Made by a program: the position numbers and the translations under genes
Notes under the pieces: model-generated
The model's database searches: none
What the model was told of the DNA's origin: nothing
What the model saw: the letters and a program-made list of their open reading frames with translations, nothing else
Source of the DNA: an uncultured Candidatus Saccharibacteria bacterium
GTDB lineage: Bacteria > Patescibacteriota > Doudnabacteria > UBA920
Direction of reading: 5' to 3'
DNA length: 64,000 nucleotides
NCBI GenBank assembly: GCA_964348935.1
Contig: CAYGEJ010000005.1
Span: 2,845-66,844 of the forward strand
Shown: positions 46,314 to 56,159 of the stretch, in pieces
Layout: each line of letters starts with the position of its first letter
Numbering within the stretch: the first letter of the stretch is position 1

Positions 46314-47071
46314 TGAGGTAAGTTGCTAGTGTTTAGTTTTTCCGTTTCATTAGTAACTGGTAACTCATCGCTAGCCATTTTTTTCTTAATAACTACGTCT
46401 GCGAATAAGGCTTCTTGGTCAGCAACAAAGATTTTCTGTTTAATAAGTTCCAGTAAAGCCAGAAAGGTAATAATAATTTCACCTTTGTTTTTTGCGGTCT
46501 TTAATAAATCACTGAGTCTGGTTTCTACTTGCAAACTCAAATTTGTTCTTAAGTGGTCTATTTTTTCCTGAATCGAAATAGCTTCTTTAAGTTTAGCTTT
46601 TGGTAGGGTATCTAATTCTTTTAATCCGCTTAAAACGATTAAAATTGCATTGTACAGTTCTTTAGGTTGAATACTTGGATCGGGGAAGAAGCTAATTTTT
46701 TGTTCAAAAGTTACGGTTCGTAAAAAACCTTGATTTCTTCTTGCATCTAAATTTTTAAAATATTTAGCTACCTCCTTGAACTGTTTATACAAAAGGAGTT
46801 TGCCCTCTAAATCAAAACCAGCATCTTCCTCCTCTTTTTCTAATTCTAAAGTCGGAAGAATAGCTTTGGATTTTATCACCAATAGTTTGGCGGCAATTGA
46901 AAGGAAATCCGCCAAGGCAGTTGGTTCAATCTTATCCAGTTGTTTTAAATATTGTAAAAACTGCTCTGTTACTTCTGCCAGGGCAATAGTAGTTATGTCT
47001 AACTGTCTTTGCTCAATTAGAGAAAGTAGTAAATCCAACGGACCTTCAAATTGAGAAACTTTTGTATGCAT
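46310..47071 (-). CDS. scpA: Segregation and condensation protein A (kleisin)
   Basis: N-terminal FEGPLDLLLSLIEQRQLDI block characteristic of ScpA. Confidence 0.8.
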   Translation of the reverse strand: MHTKVSQFEGPLDLLLSLIEQRQLDITTIALAEVTEQFLQYLKQLDKIEPTALADFLSIAAKLLVIKSKAILPTLELEKEEEDAGFDLEGKLLLYKQFKEVAKYFKNLDARRNQGFLRTVTFEQKISFFPDPSIQPKELYNAILIVLSGLKELDTLPKAKLKEAISIQEKIDHLRTNLSLQVETRLSDLLKTAKNKGEIIITFLALLELIKQKIFVADQEALFADVVIKKKMASDELPVTNETEKLNTSNLPQ

Positions 47072-47101
47072 AGATGATAAGAATGAAAGAGGTTAGCCCA
47101 G

Positions 47102-47644
47102 CTACTTTTTCGTCTTACTAAACACTCCCTTAATTGGCTTAACTAGTTTTTCGAAATCTTTAATAGAAAGTTCTACACTGTGGGTATAACTACCTGCAGA
47201 GGCTATTAGTTTTTTGCTTTTAGCAATGCTTTTGTCTAGTAGTGTTTGGAGTTTATACTGCAACCCAAAAGGGTGAAGTAGTCCGACTTTGGTTTTTAAG
47301 AGCTTTATTATATCTTTCTCGCTTGCCATGCTAACTTTTTTGGCCTTTAGTGCTTTTTTAATTCCGTTAAAGTCTAAATATTTTCCTGCAGGTAGAATTA
47401 TAAGAACAAAGTTCTTGTCAGCCTTGACCAAAACTACTTTGGCAATTTCACCAAGTTTTCGCTTTGTAGTAGCACTTACGTCGTGGGCAGTGTATACAAC
47501 TTTATGCTCTAAAATATTGTATTTTATTTTAGCTTCGTCTAGTAGTTTGGTAACAGAATTAGAAAGTTGTACAACTTTTTTTGTAACTACTTTTTTAATT
47601 TTAGATTTCTTTGTTTGTTTCTTTGGCATAAATTTAATCACCAA
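47102..47644 (-). CDS. YbaK/ProX-type aminoacyl-tRNA deacylase domain protein with Lys-rich N-terminal extension
   Basis: VYTAHDVSATTKRKLGEIAKVVLVKADKNFVLIILPAGKYLDF pattern of the YbaK family; 35-aa poly-Lys N-terminus. Confidence 0.55.
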   Translation of the reverse strand: MVIKFMPKKQTKKSKIKKVVTKKVVQLSNSVTKLLDEAKIKYNILEHKVVYTAHDVSATTKRKLGEIAKVVLVKADKNFVLIILPAGKYLDFNGIKKALKAKKVSMASEKDIIKLLKTKVGLLHPFGLQYKLQTLLDKSIAKSKKLIASAGSYTHSVELSIKDFEKLVKPIKGVFSKTKK

Positions 47645-47936
47645 TTAATTCAAAAGTAATTTTTAGACCATCACCATCTTCTGTATTTACAGTTTCAAGT
47701 TTAACCGCCTTGGCTAATAGCTTTTCTCCATTAATTCCTGTTATTTTAAAGCGGTGGCCAATTTTTATATCATTTCCAAATTCAGCAGGAAAAAAAGTTC
47801 TGTCTATTCTGCCATTGTTAGATAGTAATGTTATGTCTTGTTCGGACCAAGTTCCTAAAGAGCTATTTATTTGAGGTGATGTTTCTTCTTGTTCGGGGTT
47901 ATGAAAATTAAATTCCCCAGGGATTATTTTTGACAT
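47634..47936 (-). CDS. Hypothetical 100-aa protein
   Basis: Translationally coupled between aspS and the YbaK-like gene; no motif. Confidence 0.4.
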   Translation of the reverse strand: MSKIIPGEFNFHNPEQEETSPQINSSLGTWSEQDITLLSNNGRIDRTFFPAEFGNDIKIGHRFKITGINGEKLLAKAVKLETVNTEDGDGLKITFELIGD

Positions 47937-47938
47937 AT

Positions 47939-49711
47939 TTATTCTTTTTTCTTTGGTAAGTCTAACTTAATATGTAATTCTTTTAGTTGTTTGTCTTCTA
48001 CGTATCCTGGTGCGCCCATCATAACGTCTTCGGCTGATCCGTTTTTAGGGAAGGCAATAACTTCACGAATGTTTGGTTCGTTTTCAAGTAACATAAGTAA
48101 TCTATCAATCCCTGGGGCAAAGCCACCATGAGGAGGTGCGCCGTATTCAAAGGCGCGAATCATGCCACCAAATTTTTCGTCTACAGTTTCTTTACTGTAA
48201 CCCACAAGTTCAAAAGCTTTGTACATTATTTCTGGTTTGTAGTTACGAATAGCTCCAGAGCTTAATTCAAGCCCGTTGGCAATAATGTCGTATTGGTAAG
48301 CGCGAACGTCTAGTGGGTTTTGGGTGTTAAGAGCTTCTAGTCCACCTTGAGGCATACTAAATGGGTTGTGCATGAAGTCTAAATTTCCTTCTTTGTTTAG
48401 TTCATACATGGGGAAATCTGTAATCCATGCCCATGCAACTATATTTGGATCTTTAAGTCCAAAGGCATCACCAAGATGATGTCTAAGTTTACCTAAAACT
48501 TTATTTACAATTTCTTTAGTGTCAGCACCAAAGAAAATAATGTCGCCAGTTTTAGCGTTGGTTTTTGTAACGATGGCGTTTATTTCTTGTTCGGAAAGGA
48601 ATTTGATAATTGGAGACTTCATTCCACCTTCTTCTAAAACAATATATGCAAGTCCGCCAGCGCCTTCTTTTTTAACCATTTCAGTAAGTTCGTCTATTTG
48701 TGAGCGGGTAAGCTTGGCTCCGCCAGTACAGCAAATTGCTTTTACGCTACCACCATTTTTAATAGCATTACCAAATACAGAAAAATTGGTATCTTTTAAG
48801 TCCTCGGTTAAATTTACAAGCTTCATGTCAAAGCGTAAGTCTGGACGGTCGCTTCCGTATTCTTCCATAGCTGTAAGGTAGGGAATGCGAGGAAATGGTT
48901 TTTGTAAACATTTTTTTTCTGCCCATTTTTCGGTAAGTTCTATAAATAAAGGTTCAAGTTCTTGAAAGACAGTTTCGTCACGGTCAGCGAAAGCAATTTC
49001 TAAGTCTAATTGATAGAATTCTCCAGGGCTTCTGTCTGCTCTTGGGTCTTCGTCGCGGAAACATGGTGCAATTTGAAAATATTTTGGCACACCACCAACC
49101 ATTAGCAATTGTTTAAATTGTTGTGGGGCTTGTGGAAGGGCGTAAAATTTTCCTGGGTGAATACGAGAAGGAACTAAAAAGTCACGAGCGCCTTCTGGAG
49201 AAGAAGAAGTAAGAATTGGAGTGGAAATTTCTATAAAGCCACTGGCGTCCATCCAGTCGCGAATAAATTTAATCATTTTGTGTCTGCGTAGTAGCATTCT
49301 CTGCATTTTTTCGCGTCTGAGGTCTAAAAAGCGGTAGCGAAGTCTTAAATCTTCGTTTATTTTTTCATCTGCATAAGCAACAGGAAAGGGTAGAGGCTTG
49401 CTGGAGTTTAAAAGTTCGATATTCAAAGTTAAAAGTTCTATTCCACCCGTTGGAATATTTTTATTTTTTGTTCCTTCTGTTCTTTCAATAATTTTTCCGC
49501 TGGCTGTAACCACAAATTCGTCTCTAAGTTTGTCGGCAACTGCAAAGGCTTCGGCTTGCTCGGGGTGAATGGCTAGTTGTATAAGCCCGGTGTGGTCGCG
49601 AAGGTCAATAAAAATAACGCCCCCGTGGTCACGGCGAGAATTAACCCAACCGGAAACTTGGACGTCTTGGTTTATGTGTTTAGGCGTATCTAAAGCAAGT
49701 GTTCTTTTCAT
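47939..49711 (-). CDS. aspS: Aspartyl-tRNA synthetase (bacterial type)
   Basis: 590 aa; N-terminal OB fold, class II motifs ([21 protein letters not shown]; [17 protein letters not shown]) and the bacterial GAD insertion. Confidence 0.9.
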   Translation of the reverse strand: MKRTLALDTPKHINQDVQVSGWVNSRRDHGGVIFIDLRDHTGLIQLAIHPEQAEAFAVADKLRDEFVVTASGKIIERTEGTKNKNIPTGGIELLTLNIELLNSSKPLPFPVAYADEKINEDLRLRYRFLDLRREKMQRMLLRRHKMIKFIRDWMDASGFIEISTPILTSSSPEGARDFLVPSRIHPGKFYALPQAPQQFKQLLMVGGVPKYFQIAPCFRDEDPRADRSPGEFYQLDLEIAFADRDETVFQELEPLFIELTEKWAEKKCLQKPFPRIPYLTAMEEYGSDRPDLRFDMKLVNLTEDLKDTNFSVFGNAIKNGGSVKAICCTGGAKLTRSQIDELTEMVKKEGAGGLAYIVLEEGGMKSPIIKFLSEQEINAIVTKTNAKTGDIIFFGADTKEIVNKVLGKLRHHLGDAFGLKDPNIVAWAWITDFPMYELNKEGNLDFMHNPFSMPQGGLEALNTQNPLDVRAYQYDIIANGLELSSGAIRNYKPEIMYKAFELVGYSKETVDEKFGGMIRAFEYGAPPHGGFAPGIDRLLMLLENEPNIREVIAFPKNGSAEDVMMGAPGYVEDKQLKELHIKLDLPKKKE

Positions 49712-50073
49712 ATATTTTTTGGCCGTTTTTCATCAACTTGATGAATTTTTCCCATAGACAGTGGGCACAGCAATTAAGGATTTATGCACAAATTATAACA
49801 AATTATTGAAGTATTGCCAAATTTGTAAGTTTAAATTAAAATACTCAGACACCTTATGATTGTGCTTTGTAGGGTGCAAAAAAGAAAGGGGGAAAAAGTT
49901 TGGTTTATTTGGGTCTGTTTGACAATCTCTTTTTTCGTTACACAAAAGACATTCCCATATTCTATGGTGCAACCTGGTAAATATGCAATTACGCAGAGAC
50001 ACGCCATAGCGTAAGCAGATACTAAAGCTTACCCGCATCAGAAGACCAGACTTGCTTTACTAGCACGTTACAA

Positions 50074-50105
50074 GCCCCATGCATTTAGGGGTTTTTCTTT
50101 TTGTC
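50074..50105 (+). terminator. Plus-strand intrinsic terminator inside the long aspS-upstream intergenic region
   Basis: gcccc atgcattta ggggt followed by ttttcttttt; no annotated plus-strand gene ends here. Confidence 0.5.
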
Positions 50106-50234
50106 TTTTTAGTTAAATTTTTATATACTGAGTACACTACGAGAACTATAAAAAGAAACACTACAGATGTCTACAGAGTCTGTAAATATTTGTAGATTCG
50201 TATTAATTCGTAATTCTGTATCAAAGAAACAAAA

Positions 50235-50285
50235 ATGCTTAAAAAAATTGTTTTAGATTTAGAAACCCATCCAGCCTTCGCATAA
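50235..50285 (+). pseudogene. Duplicated 5' fragment of the downstream exonuclease gene (MLKKIVLDLETHPAFA-stop)
   Basis: atgcttaaaaaaattgttttagatttagaaaccca is nearly identical to the true start at 50341 (atgttaaagaaaatagtattagatttagaaaccca). Both encode MLKKIVLDLET. Confidence 0.6.
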
Positions 50286-50340
50286 AGCTTCGGCGGACTT
50301 GGGCGCAGAATTAAAAATAATATTAATCAAAAAGTAAAAT

Positions 50341-50919
50341 ATGTTAAAGAAAATAGTATTAGATTTAGAAACCCAGAAATCATTTCAGGATGTTGGGGGA
50401 AGAGGGAAAAATCATTTACTTAAAGTTAGTGTTGCATGTATTTACGATTATTCTACAGACAAGTATTCTTCTTTTGAAGAACATGAACTTCCTAAACTAG
50501 CGCCAATACTCCAAACCGCAGACCAAATTATAGGTTACAATATAAAAGATTTTGACTTTGAAGTAATTCAGCCATATTTAAATTTTAACATTGCAGAGGT
50601 ACCTTACTTAGACTTACTAACAGAAATAGAAAAAGTCTTGCACCATCGTATTAAATTAGACGTAGTAGCTCAAGGCACGCTTGGAACAGGGAAGAGTGGA
50701 AATGGACTTGAAGCTATTTTATATTTTCAAAATGGAAGAATGGATTTACTTAAAAAATATTGTTTTGATGACGTTAAAATTACAAAACAAGTTTATGATT
50801 ATGCCTTAAAAAATGGAAAAGTTTTATATAAAGATTTTTTTAAAACTAAAGAAATAGCTCTTAAAATTATGGATGCGGTGCCTCGTATGGGTGTTACTCA
50901 TCAGCCCGCACTTTTTTAG
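50341..50919 (+). CDS. DEDD-family 3'-5' exonuclease (DnaQ/RNase T-like) domain protein
   Basis: Exo I motif VLDLETQ, a downstream YNIKDFD acidic block and a C-terminal QVYDYAL (YxxxD) motif. Confidence 0.55.
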   Translation: MLKKIVLDLETQKSFQDVGGRGKNHLLKVSVACIYDYSTDKYSSFEEHELPKLAPILQTADQIIGYNIKDFDFEVIQPYLNFNIAEVPYLDLLTEIEKVLHHRIKLDVVAQGTLGTGKSGNGLEAILYFQNGRMDLLKKYCFDDVKITKQVYDYALKNGKVLYKDFFKTKEIALKIMDAVPRMGVTHQPALF

Positions 50920-50939
50920 ATATTAGATAATAGAGATAA

Positions 50940-51833
50940 ATGTTTAGTATTACAAAACCTAAATTAATAAATATCCTTATCAGATTAGGAATTATTCTTT
51001 TTGCGGTTATTCTGAGTCGAATTTTAGCCGGTGATGTAATTCTCCCACAAATACTTAATTTAGGTTGGATTACTATACATTATTATGGTCTAATTATGGC
51101 CTTAGCAGTAGGGATTGGGTATTGGATCGCAACAAAAAGGACGACAAGTTTTGGTATCTCAAACGAACTGGCGGATAATATTATATTTTGGGTTATAATA
51201 TTTGGATTTATTGGTGCTAGGCTGTATCATATTGCTTCCTCTTTTAATTATTACATTGTATCGCCAGGGGAAATGTTAAAGGTTTGGAATGGTGGACTTT
51301 CTATTTACGGTGCGGTATTGGGCGGATTATTTGGATTATATTTTGTTCTTAAAATATATACCCCAACCGAAGGATTGAAGTTATCTGTTCTTAAGGTTTT
51401 GGACTGGTTAACTCCTTCTTTGATAGTCGGGCAAATTATTGGCAGATTTGGAAATATGTTCAATTATGAGGCTTATGGTTACCCCACTAATTTTCCTTGG
51501 AAAATGTTCGTTCCTGAGCAATTTAGAACAACTCAATACATATCCAGTAGTTATTTTCACCCTTTTTTTCTGTATGAAGTCTTGGGTAATATTTTTATAT
51601 TTATCGTGCTATTGTATTTAGAAGGTTCTGGTGCCAAAATGCCTAAAAAAGACGGTAGCCTTTTCATTTTCTATCTTTTATTGTATAATATATTACGGTT
51701 TTGTTTAGAATTTATTAGAATAGATAGTACTTTCATTGGCATATTTAGACTTAATGCAATAGTAAGCCTGTTGCTAATAGTGTTTAGTATTATTTATTTC
51801 GTACGTTATAGAAATAATGTTAAAGTACCATAA
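50940..51833 (+). CDS. lgt: Prolipoprotein diacylglyceryl transferase
   Basis: Lgt signature GRFGNMFNYEAYG, about 7 TM helices, 297 aa. Confidence 0.85.
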   Translation: MFSITKPKLINILIRLGIILFAVILSRILAGDVILPQILNLGWITIHYYGLIMALAVGIGYWIATKRTTSFGISNELADNIIFWVIIFGFIGARLYHIASSFNYYIVSPGEMLKVWNGGLSIYGAVLGGLFGLYFVLKIYTPTEGLKLSVLKVLDWLTPSLIVGQIIGRFGNMFNYEAYGYPTNFPWKMFVPEQFRTTQYISSSYFHPFFLYEVLGNIFIFIVLLYLEGSGAKMPKKDGSLFIFYLLLYNILRFCLEFIRIDSTFIGIFRLNAIVSLLLIVFSIIYFVRYRNNVKVP

Positions 51834-52560
51834 ATTAATTTCTCTGGTTTGGGGGCTAACATTCCTAATAGTTCTACAAACATTTTCAACACCGGAACCA
51901 ATTTTTCGTTTTTTAATCCCGGCTTTTATAGGATATACGGCACTGGTCACTCTATATAATGTTTGGTATTTGAAACAAATAGACAAATATAATTTTTGGA
52001 TTATTTTAAGACCTATATTATTACTTTTAAGCGGGTTTGGTTTATTCTTAATAATTCCATCCGATTTACTCAGAGGTTCTTTCTTAATAGTTTCCGTTGG
52101 GGTTATTGCTTTTTTTGAAATTATTTTAGGAAATTTTGCGGAGAATTTTTTACTGAATGAAACGTTATTAATAGCTTTTGGTTTGTTCTTTTTATTTTTT
52201 GCCTTTTACCACTATTTGCCTAATTATCAAACTTATTATTTAGCTGGAATATTTTTTGGAAGTGCACTCTTGACTAGGTCTTTTTATGAGTTTGTTCCCA
52301 AGTCCAGTCGGGTTAAATTAATTGGTGCGGTGACAATAGGGTTGTTTTGTAGCCAGTTGTACTGGACGTTAAATTTTTTACAATTTCATTTTAGTGCTTT
52401 AAGCCTTATCCTTTTCAATATTTTTTACTTTTGTCTAATTCTTAATTATTATTTTCTTTTTCACATTTTAAATTTTAAAAAAATTCAATTTCACTTGCTT
52501 TTAATATTAATTTGTAGCGTTGTTGTTTTAATTTCTACGCCTTGGCAAATTCTAAAATAA
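51817..52560 (+). CDS. Hypothetical multi-pass membrane protein
   Basis: 247 aa, 7-8 TM; overlaps the lgt stop. Confidence 0.4.
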   Translation: MLKYHKLISLVWGLTFLIVLQTFSTPEPIFRFLIPAFIGYTALVTLYNVWYLKQIDKYNFWIILRPILLLLSGFGLFLIIPSDLLRGSFLIVSVGVIAFFEIILGNFAENFLLNETLLIAFGLFFLFFAFYHYLPNYQTYYLAGIFFGSALLTRSFYEFVPKSSRVKLIGAVTIGLFCSQLYWTLNFLQFHFSALSLILFNIFYFCLILNYYFLFHILNFKKIQFHLLLILICSVVVLISTPWQILK

Positions 52561-52561
52561 T

Positions 52562-53623
52562 ATGACAAAATCACAATATTCCAAAGTAATTTTAATAACC
52601 GTTGTCTTAACTCTGTTTTTCGATCTTTTTTTAGGTAGGTATGTCTTAGCTAAAATATCAACTTTACCGGTTCTTAATCGTTTAAAAATTCTTAGTCCTC
52701 AAGCGCCAATTGTTATAAATAACAAAGAAACGGTCAGGGTGAGCGATAGTGGCGATGCAGTGTCTTCTGCAAATTCAGCAAAGTCCAAAATTAGCACTAT
52801 TGTCGTATTGAGTAATAATGGCAGTGTGACTGTGACCGGATCTGCAATAAATTTAACTTCGGACGGGACTTTTTTAACAGGTTCCAAAAGTATCGCTAAA
52901 GATTTTGCAAGTTATTTTGTCATATTGAGTGATGGTAGAAATGCAAAAATTACAAGCGCTATTACAGATCCTGCAACCGGGTTGTTATTTGTACGAGCGG
53001 GAATTACAAATGTTCCTGTCGCGAATTTTTCTGAATCAAAAGATTTAAGCGTTGGTGAGAAGGTGTTATTTGTACATAATTCGGTTCAAAACTTTATTAG
53101 TAAAGGATTGCTGAGTTTTGTGACTGCTTCTGAGAAAGACATTCAAGGTCAGGTTTTTTCCAGTGATTTTCCTAAGATGAGTTTTGGAGCTTCTGCGACA
53201 AATATTTTACTTAGCGGGGAAGTATTGGTTAATACTAGTGCGGAAGTTGTAGGTATTTGGAACGGGGAGAATATTGTCGCTTCGACTAATATAAAAAAAG
53301 CACTCGCATTATTTTATAACAATAACGAAAAAATAATTCGACCAAGTTACGGTTTTACTTATAGTATAATTACGCAAAATGAAAGTAAATTGACTGGAGT
53401 AAAAACCGGTGCTTTGGTTAAGGATATTACATCTGCAAATACCAAACTCGGAGGTTTAATAAACGGTGATATCATACTTAGAGTAGATAATGATAATATA
53501 AGCGAAGATTTAACACTAGAAGAAGTATTGCAAAAATACAAACCTGGTGACAAAATAACTTTTAACATTTTTCGAAAAAATTCTGAAATTACACTCTCTA
53601 TAATTGCCGGGGAATTAAAATAA
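52562..53623 (+). CDS. HtrA/DegP-like protein with C-terminal PDZ domain and degenerate protease motifs
   Basis: N-terminal TM, trypsin-like region, and a clear PDZ domain (GALVKDITSANTKLGGLINGDIILRVDN...KITFNIFRKNSEITL). GASATNILLSGEVLVNTSAEVVGI stands where HtrA proteases have GNSGGPL..GEVIGIN. Confidence 0.5.
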   Translation: MTKSQYSKVILITVVLTLFFDLFLGRYVLAKISTLPVLNRLKILSPQAPIVINNKETVRVSDSGDAVSSANSAKSKISTIVVLSNNGSVTVTGSAINLTSDGTFLTGSKSIAKDFASYFVILSDGRNAKITSAITDPATGLLFVRAGITNVPVANFSESKDLSVGEKVLFVHNSVQNFISKGLLSFVTASEKDIQGQVFSSDFPKMSFGASATNILLSGEVLVNTSAEVVGIWNGENIVASTNIKKALALFYNNNEKIIRPSYGFTYSIITQNESKLTGVKTGALVKDITSANTKLGGLINGDIILRVDNDNISEDLTLEEVLQKYKPGDKITFNIFRKNSEITLSIIAGELK

Positions 53624-53676
53624 AGGTTCCTCTTGGTAGAGCTACGAGGAATTAAAGTAGATTTGTAGTTATTATT

Positions 53677-53767
53677 TCGGAGCAAAGTTCCGAGGTGTTG
53701 AACCTGTATTAACTCCTTGGCTCGCTTGCCAACTAAAGTTGGCAGACTCACCTACGTCTCTAATAAA
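53677..53767 (+). repeat. Conserved intergenic element, copy 2, immediately upstream of the rhamnose operon
   Basis: Hairpin tcggagcaaagttccga, then GGTGTTGAACCTGTATTAACTCCTTGGCTCGCTTGCCAACTAAAGTTGGCAGAC-16nt-TAATAAA. It ends 16 nt before the ATG at 53784. Confidence 0.6.
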
Positions 53768-53783
53768 CAATTAATTATATTTT

Positions 53784-54233
53784 ATGGAAATATCAAATTT
53801 AGAAATTCAAACCACAAAAAGAGTTAAAACTTTTGACGCATCTGGTAAGGAAAACGGTTGGCTTATGGAATTGTATAAGGATCAGGAAACTGGAGAAAAG
53901 ACCGAGGCTTATTTGACCGCTGCACTTCCCGGGGCTTTTAAAGGATATCATCTGCACCGGGTAAGGGCTGCCCGATACGTTGCGTTAAAGGGTAAAATGA
54001 AAATTACCACTTACGAACACATAAACGGAAAATGGGTAAAAACTGAAACAGTGCTCGAGGCTGGAAACCCTGAGCGAATGTTTATTCCAAAGAATTTTGC
54101 CACCGGCCTTGAAAATATTGGTGAAGAAGAAGCTTGGTTGGTAAATTATCCGGATCCTGCCTACGATCCAAAATTAAAAGACGAACAAGTGGAATATACA
54201 AAAGAAGAATTAGAAGCGGGGATAGTTAAATAA
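53784..54233 (+). CDS. Small cupin, probable dTDP-4-dehydrorhamnose 3,5-epimerase-like / sugar ketoisomerase
   Basis: 149 aa cupin with a KGYHLHR block, first gene of an operon with rfbB, rfbD and rfbA. Shorter than canonical RmlC, so the exact activity is uncertain. Confidence 0.5.
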   Translation: MEISNLEIQTTKRVKTFDASGKENGWLMELYKDQETGEKTEAYLTAALPGAFKGYHLHRVRAARYVALKGKMKITTYEHINGKWVKTETVLEAGNPERMFIPKNFATGLENIGEEEAWLVNYPDPAYDPKLKDEQVEYTKEELEAGIVK

Positions 54234-54237
54234 ATTT

Positions 54238-55182
54238 ATGAAAATATTGGTTACAGGCGGAGCTGGTTTTATTGGCTCTAATTTCGTTAATTATTGGGTG
54301 AATAAATATCCAACAGACAAAGTTGTTGTTTTGGATAAGCTTACCTATGCTGGAAATTTAGAAAATTTAAGTAGTGTAATAAATTCAATAGAGTTTATTC
54401 AAGGTGATATTTGTGTTATGGCCGATGTGGTCAAAGCAATGAGTGGTGTAGAAGTAGTTGTTCATTTTGCTGCTGAGAGTCATGTCGACCGGTCCATTCA
54501 AGATCCTTCTATATTTGTGCAAACCAACGTACTTGGTACACAGGTGTTGTTGGATGTTGCCAGAAAAAACAATGTGAAGCGTTTTCATCATGTTTCAACA
54601 GACGAAGTTTTTGGCGATTTACCGTTGGGTTCTAGTGAGAAATGGAATGAAAATACGGCCTATAACCCAAGTAGTCCATATTCCGCGAGTAAAGCAGGAA
54701 GTGATCATTTGGTCAGGGCTTATTTTAGAACGTTTGGTCTGCCAATAACTATTAGTAATTGTGCTAATAATATTGGTCGGTTTATGTATCCAGAAAAATT
54801 ATTACCGTTGGCAATTACCAATTTGCTGTCTGGAAAAAATATTCCGGTATATAAACCGGGTAATCAAATTCGTGAGTGGTTAAACGTAAAAGATCATTGC
54901 AACGCTATAGATTTAATTTTAGAAAAAGGCAAAGTTGGTGAAACTTATTTTGTGAGTCCAGATAATGAAGAATTAACTAATTTAGAAGTTGTAAAAAAAT
55001 TATTGGGGGTAATGGGGTTAGGTGAAGATAGAATAGATTTTGTCGAAGACCGACCGGGACACGACCAGCGTTATGCTATGGATCACAGTAAAATTACAAA
55101 AGAACTTGGTTGGACTCCTCAATTTAAATTGGAAGAAACTTTACATGAAATGGTTAATTGGTATAAAGAAAAAAAATCATGA
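54238..55182 (+). CDS. rfbB: dTDP-glucose 4,6-dehydratase
   Basis: Rossmann GGAGFIGSNFV, catalytic SxnE and YxxxK (YSASKAGSDHLV); 314 aa. Confidence 0.85.
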   Translation: MKILVTGGAGFIGSNFVNYWVNKYPTDKVVVLDKLTYAGNLENLSSVINSIEFIQGDICVMADVVKAMSGVEVVVHFAAESHVDRSIQDPSIFVQTNVLGTQVLLDVARKNNVKRFHHVSTDEVFGDLPLGSSEKWNENTAYNPSSPYSASKAGSDHLVRAYFRTFGLPITISNCANNIGRFMYPEKLLPLAITNLLSGKNIPVYKPGNQIREWLNVKDHCNAIDLILEKGKVGETYFVSPDNEELTNLEVVKKLLGVMGLGEDRIDFVEDRPGHDQRYAMDHSKITKELGWTPQFKLEETLHEMVNWYKEKKS

Positions 55183-56006
55183 TTTTAATTTTAGGCTCAA
55201 AAGGAATGCTTGGTACGGAATTACTCCAAGTTTTTGGCAATGACGCGGTTGGCTGGGATAGGGCAGAATGTGATGTGACTAATATTGTTGATTTAAAATC
55301 TAAGATCTCAAATTTAAAACCCAAGACCATAATAAATTGCGTAGCTTATAATGATGTAGATGGTGCGGAAAGTCATAAAGACCTGGCTTTTAAATTAAAC
55401 ACAGAAGTACCGAAAAATTTAGCACAAGTTTGTCTTGAGCTAAATATTATCTTGGTTCATTTTTCCAGTAATTATGTGTTTGATGGCAAGTATGGTGAGT
55501 ACGATGAATTGTCTGTGCCTAATCCAATTAGTGTTTATGGTCAAAGTAAATATCAGGGCGAACAGGAGATTCAAAGTGTTTTAGAAAAATATTATTTAAT
55601 TAGAACTTCTGTTTTATTTGGAAAGCAAGGAAAGAGTGATTTAGCAAAAAAAAGTTTTGTGGATATAATGTTAGACTTAGTAAGTAATCAACAGGAAATA
55701 AAAGTTGTTAACGATGAAGTTAATAGTATTTCGTATGCGAAGGATGTTGCTTTGGCTGTAAAGGTTTTGTTAAGTCAGTCGTTTAGGTTTGGAGTTTACC
55801 ACCTTACTAATTTAGGAGAAGCTTCTTGGTTTGACTTTGCGAAAGAGATATTTAAAATATCAAAAAGGGACGTGCTGGTTGTTCCGATTTCAAATACTGA
55901 GTTTCCTAGAAAAGCCAAGAGGCCTGCCAAAGCGGTTTTAACAAATAACAAGTTTATTGCTTTACGTCCCTGGCAAGAAGCTTTGGAAGAATATTTGGCA
56001 AATTAA
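55179..56006 (+). CDS. rfbD: dTDP-4-dehydrorhamnose reductase
   Basis: ILILGSKGMLG Rossmann and YGQSKYQGE (YxxxK); 275 aa; overlaps the rfbB stop. Confidence 0.8.
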   Translation: MILILGSKGMLGTELLQVFGNDAVGWDRAECDVTNIVDLKSKISNLKPKTIINCVAYNDVDGAESHKDLAFKLNTEVPKNLAQVCLELNIILVHFSSNYVFDGKYGEYDELSVPNPISVYGQSKYQGEQEIQSVLEKYYLIRTSVLFGKQGKSDLAKKSFVDIMLDLVSNQQEIKVVNDEVNSISYAKDVALAVKVLLSQSFRFGVYHLTNLGEASWFDFAKEIFKISKRDVLVVPISNTEFPRKAKRPAKAVLTNNKFIALRPWQEALEEYLAN

Positions 56007-56007
56007 T

Positions 56008-56157
56008 ATGAATTATCATTTAATTTATTCAAGTAATTCCGAAATAACAGAATTGCCGATAATTAAATCTAAGCTGGTTGTAAATTTGCAAGTTGCCTTT
56101 GCCATAGTACTGATTGCTTTAGGAGTCTTTCTTTTTATTAATAGTCAAATTCAATAG
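56008..56157 (+). CDS. Possible 49-aa membrane micro-protein between rfbD and rfbA
   Basis: ATG two nt after the rfbD stop; one TM helix ([16 protein letters not shown]). The ORF track shows a longer, overlapping version from 55957. Confidence 0.25.
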   Translation: MNYHLIYSSNSEITELPIIKSKLVVNLQVAFAIVLIALGVFLFINSQIQ

Positions 56158-56159
56158 TT

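Noticed and set aside
49712-50000. T-box leader upstream of aspS
   Set aside because: The minus strand contains no AGGGUGGNACCGCG T-box core or specifier/antiterminator arrangement.
49793-50038. 81-aa minus-strand ORF in the aspS upstream region
   Set aside because: No RBS, Cys-rich low-complexity translation, and it sits in a region better explained as non-coding (promoter/terminator elements).
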